Shown here one piece after another: positions 61,418-64,000 of a DNA stretch of 64,000 nt. The notes beneath the pieces are model-generated. The model had not been told where the DNA came from. It worked only from the letters and a program-made list of their open reading frames with translations, and made no database searches. The stretch's first letter is position 1. Each line of letters begins with the position of its first letter. The DNA comes from a virus (Duplodnaviria > Caudoviricetes): positions 64,001 through 128,000 of IMG/VR virus record IMGVR_UViG_3300031993_000008, one strand, 5' to 3'. A program made the translations under genes and the position numbers.

Positions 61418-61954
61418 TTAAAGGTTATCTTTGAATGTCTCAATGTTTTTCTGGACATTAGATATGTTTACAGGTAGGAATTTCCATTCCTTTGCCACAC
61501 ATGATATATTGTGTTTTTCAATATCCATCATATCATCCAGACCATGAAAACAATATGTACCGGTTGATTTACCAGGCCAGTCTGAAAGAGGAAGATAAGT
61601 GAGTACAGAATCCAGTTCATTGACTGTCATGATTTGTTTATTCTCAAAATATATCTTCTTCTTGAATTCCGGGTCACTGCATTTCTCAACAGCATCCTTC
61701 ATATTGATGAAAAAGTTCATCTCATCATCATTGAAATAATTGTTGAGAAAATGTATCTCTCCATTCAGTCTGACCAGGATGTGATACAGGTCACCTATAC
61801 CGAATCCTCCCAGAACATAAACAATGTCATCTTTATTCACTGTCTCATTCCAACAGTTAATGATATGGTCATTGTTATCGATAACATTCTCATTTGGATC
61901 ATCCACCAAAAGGCGGTTGAACCAAGTGTCACTAATAGCAAAAATGCTTGGCAT
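61418..61954 (-). CDS. Calcineurin-like phosphoesterase fold, apparently catalytically degenerate
   Basis: ISDTWF..WNETVNKDDIVYVLGGF..RLNGEIHFLNNY..YLP..W..FHG, aligned to SDTHF/GDF/GNHD/HYP/HGH. Confidence 0.7.
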   Translation of the reverse strand: MPSIFAISDTWFNRLLVDDPNENVIDNNDHIINCWNETVNKDDIVYVLGGFGIGDLYHILVRLNGEIHFLNNYFNDDEMNFFINMKDAVEKCSDPEFKKKIYFENKQIMTVNELDSVLTYLPLSDWPGKSTGTYCFHGLDDMMDIEKHNISCVAKEWKFLPVNISNVQKNIETFKDNL

Positions 61955-62007
61955 GCTTTTTAGATTAAAAGGTGGTGGAAGATGTTCCACCACCTGGATT
62001 AAAGAAT

Positions 62008-63081
62008 TTAACTATTCAACACACTGTTGATCCATTCATCATCATCAGTTGAGACTGGTGTCTCATCAGAAGAAGGACTTGATGAATCTTCAGCATCAAA
62101 ACCCGGTATATCATCATCTGCCGGTATTGTGGTTTCTGGAGCTGCAGCAGGTTCAACCTTCTTGGTTGTGGTTGTGGTTGCTTCCTTGACTGCCTCCTGG
62201 GCAGCAGCAGTAGTTGTGCGTGGTGCCTTATAACCAGAGGTGTAAGTTGCAAGGTTTGCATTTACCTTTGCTTCAGTCTCACTGTCCCACTCCTTCCAGA
62301 AGTAATCCTTAATCTTTGGAGCTTCCTTCTCCAACCAGGTGATGAATGCCTTCTGTGAATCCCTGTCATCTGCTGAAAGGGTCATTGTCACCTTGTTCTC
62401 ACCATCAGTAACCTTGAAGTGAATAGGTGCGGTCTTCTCAATGAAACGGCATGCATCATAATTGGCAACACCCTTACTATTGTTGTTGTCCATCTTCTTG
62501 GATGCATCCTTGGTCATGTTAATCTCAAAGAGACGACCATCATAAAGAGCAAAAGGATTGAAACCTTCAGTGAACTCTGAACTCTTCATAGCATTCTCAA
62601 GCTTGTCATTGATCTTCTGACCGAACTGGTAGATGAAGACATTACCATCATATTCAGGATGCTGGACATCCTTGACTACCTCAACAAGAGCATAGTACTG
62701 CTGGTAAACCTGGATCTTCTTGGAATTTTCTTTGTCAATTGCGCTGTCACTTGTGTAGAGCTTATAAGAGAGAGCTCTCATAGGACATTTCTTGTTATCT
62801 GTCTTTGGTGATACAACAAAGATACCGTTATCACCATTTACATCCTTAAGGAAACATTCCCAACGACAGATTGTGGTGCGCCACTTACCTTCATGAAAGA
62901 AAGGTATGAATCTTACAAGTGCACGATAATTCTGGTCTGTACACTTTTCATCCTTAATGGATGGTTTGTAGAGACCTGCTCTTCCAGAATAACTGGTGTT
63001 GTTGTTGGTCTCTGTTGCTGCAAGAGCATCTGCTGCGGTGAAATTACCAAACAGCTCATTGAAATTTACTTCATTTCCCAT
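62008..63081 (-). CDS. gp32-like single-stranded DNA-binding protein
   Basis: ALVRFIP, KCP, YYALVEVVKDVQHPEYDGNVFIYQFGQKINDKL, NPF..GRLF, NYDACRF, acidic tail. Confidence 0.9.
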   Translation of the reverse strand: MGNEVNFNELFGNFTAADALAATETNNNTSYSGRAGLYKPSIKDEKCTDQNYRALVRFIPFFHEGKWRTTICRWECFLKDVNGDNGIFVVSPKTDNKKCPMRALSYKLYTSDSAIDKENSKKIQVYQQYYALVEVVKDVQHPEYDGNVFIYQFGQKINDKLENAMKSSEFTEGFNPFALYDGRLFEINMTKDASKKMDNNNSKGVANYDACRFIEKTAPIHFKVTDGENKVTMTLSADDRDSQKAFITWLEKEAPKIKDYFWKEWDSETEAKVNANLATYTSGYKAPRTTTAAAQEAVKEATTTTTKKVEPAAAPETTIPADDDIPGFDAEDSSSPSSDETPVSTDDDEWINSVLNS

Positions 63082-63146
63082 AACTAAAACTTTATTAAAC
63101 TTATATTAACTGTGTCCAATTGGACAACATTTTAACTAACACAAAC

Positions 63147-63159
63147 TAAATATAACAAA
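63147..63159 (-). promoter_or_regulatory. Putative middle promoter TTTGTTATATTTA for gp32
   Basis: Exact motif copy. Confidence 0.7.
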
Positions 63160-63177
63160 ATTATCACAAATAATCTA

Positions 63178-63939
63178 TTATTGCTGAATATTTTCTTCAA
63201 GAGATTTTACTGAATTTGACATTTCCTCTTCAGTGTATTGCTCACTGGTTGATGAATATGAAATAGTTGCATTGGTATCAATGATTTTACCATCATATTC
63301 AGCACCAGATTCATATGCTGTGAGTCTATTTTCAAGTTCACCTATATATGAATTGAGTTTATCCATTTCCTCCTGGAGGGTTGTGATTTGAGATGTCAGT
63401 TCTGTATTCTGTTTGAGAAGATCAACATTAGAGTCCTGGAGTTTTTTTATCTGTTCATTCCTGTCATTGATTATACCCATCATATTTTTTACCTGGGCTG
63501 TGTAATTATCCACAGTGTTTGAAGTTTCATCCTTGAACTTACCAGTATAAAGTACCTCTTCTTCTGTTGAAGTCACCTTCTTACCTGTTGAATCCAAAAT
63601 ATCATATACCCTGGTGATATAGAATATGTCTGTATCCATAGCAAGAGCATCAATGGCATTCTTCTTTGAAATCTTAAACAAGACTTGACCATTTACCTTA
63701 TCAACATTATAATCACTGTTTACCAGGTCATATTCAGGTATTCTTATTTCATTCTTCTTTGATTTGAACACAAGATATATCTTCTGTCCATTTGAAAGGT
63801 CAATGGGTTTGCGATCATCGCTTCGCCAGTCCTCATATAATGTGAACAGTCTGAAATTGTCAAATGGATTAAGTTTGAGACATATGTCTCCCTTTCCATA
63901 TACAACACTACTTGTATTTCCTTTTACAGATATTGCCAT
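63178..63939 (-). CDS. Hypothetical protein with C-terminal coiled coil
   Basis: 253 aa ORF. Confidence 0.75.
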   Translation of the reverse strand: MAISVKGNTSSVVYGKGDICLKLNPFDNFRLFTLYEDWRSDDRKPIDLSNGQKIYLVFKSKKNEIRIPEYDLVNSDYNVDKVNGQVLFKISKKNAIDALAMDTDIFYITRVYDILDSTGKKVTSTEEEVLYTGKFKDETSNTVDNYTAQVKNMMGIINDRNEQIKKLQDSNVDLLKQNTELTSQITTLQEEMDKLNSYIGELENRLTAYESGAEYDGKIIDTNATISYSSTSEQYTEEEMSNSVKSLEENIQQ

Positions 63940-64000
63940 AACCTATTACTTGATTAAATATATGAATGACTTTTGACCATTGATATCTTCACCTACACAT

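Noticed and set aside
1-64000. Lak-phage-type TAG-to-Gln recoding
   Set aside because: All core genes are full length in the standard code. TAG is rare but ends GroES (10167) and the gp51-like ORF (47833). The GroES TAG is in frame with the next gene, but GroES is complete, so a fusion is unsupported.

Overview
A 64 kb segment of a large, AT-rich T4-like (myovirus-type) jumbo phage genome, very probably infecting a Bacteroidota host (two TTTG-N20-TAnnTTTG promoters, a DUF4494-like gene, no obvious Shine-Dalgarno use). Replication/recombination core genes: UvsX/RecA, gp47, PolB, sliding clamp, RNase H, gp32, RuvC. Structural homologues: gp15, gp25, gp6, gp3, gp4, gp26/gp51, gp14, gp16 and a tape-measure-like gene. 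Host-takeover genes: RimK plus its protease, ribosomal S1-like, MetK, GroES. There are also two sigma factors and two paralogous free-standing endonucleases. Main novel observations: (1) seven late genes carry 11 copies of a leader/linker, [MKKLSKI]DE/NE-S-x-W-G-x-x-L-D-R-G-x-G-x-x-x-x-K-E-D, fused to variable cargo domains, including a polyprotein with four such modules. This is interpreted as a cassette system for capsid-packaged, protease-processed, injected effectors. (2) A three-tier promoter code (host-type, TTTGTTATWTTTA, CATAAATA) maps onto a phage sigma70-like to gp55 cascade. All family assignments come from recognising motifs by eye, not from database searches.
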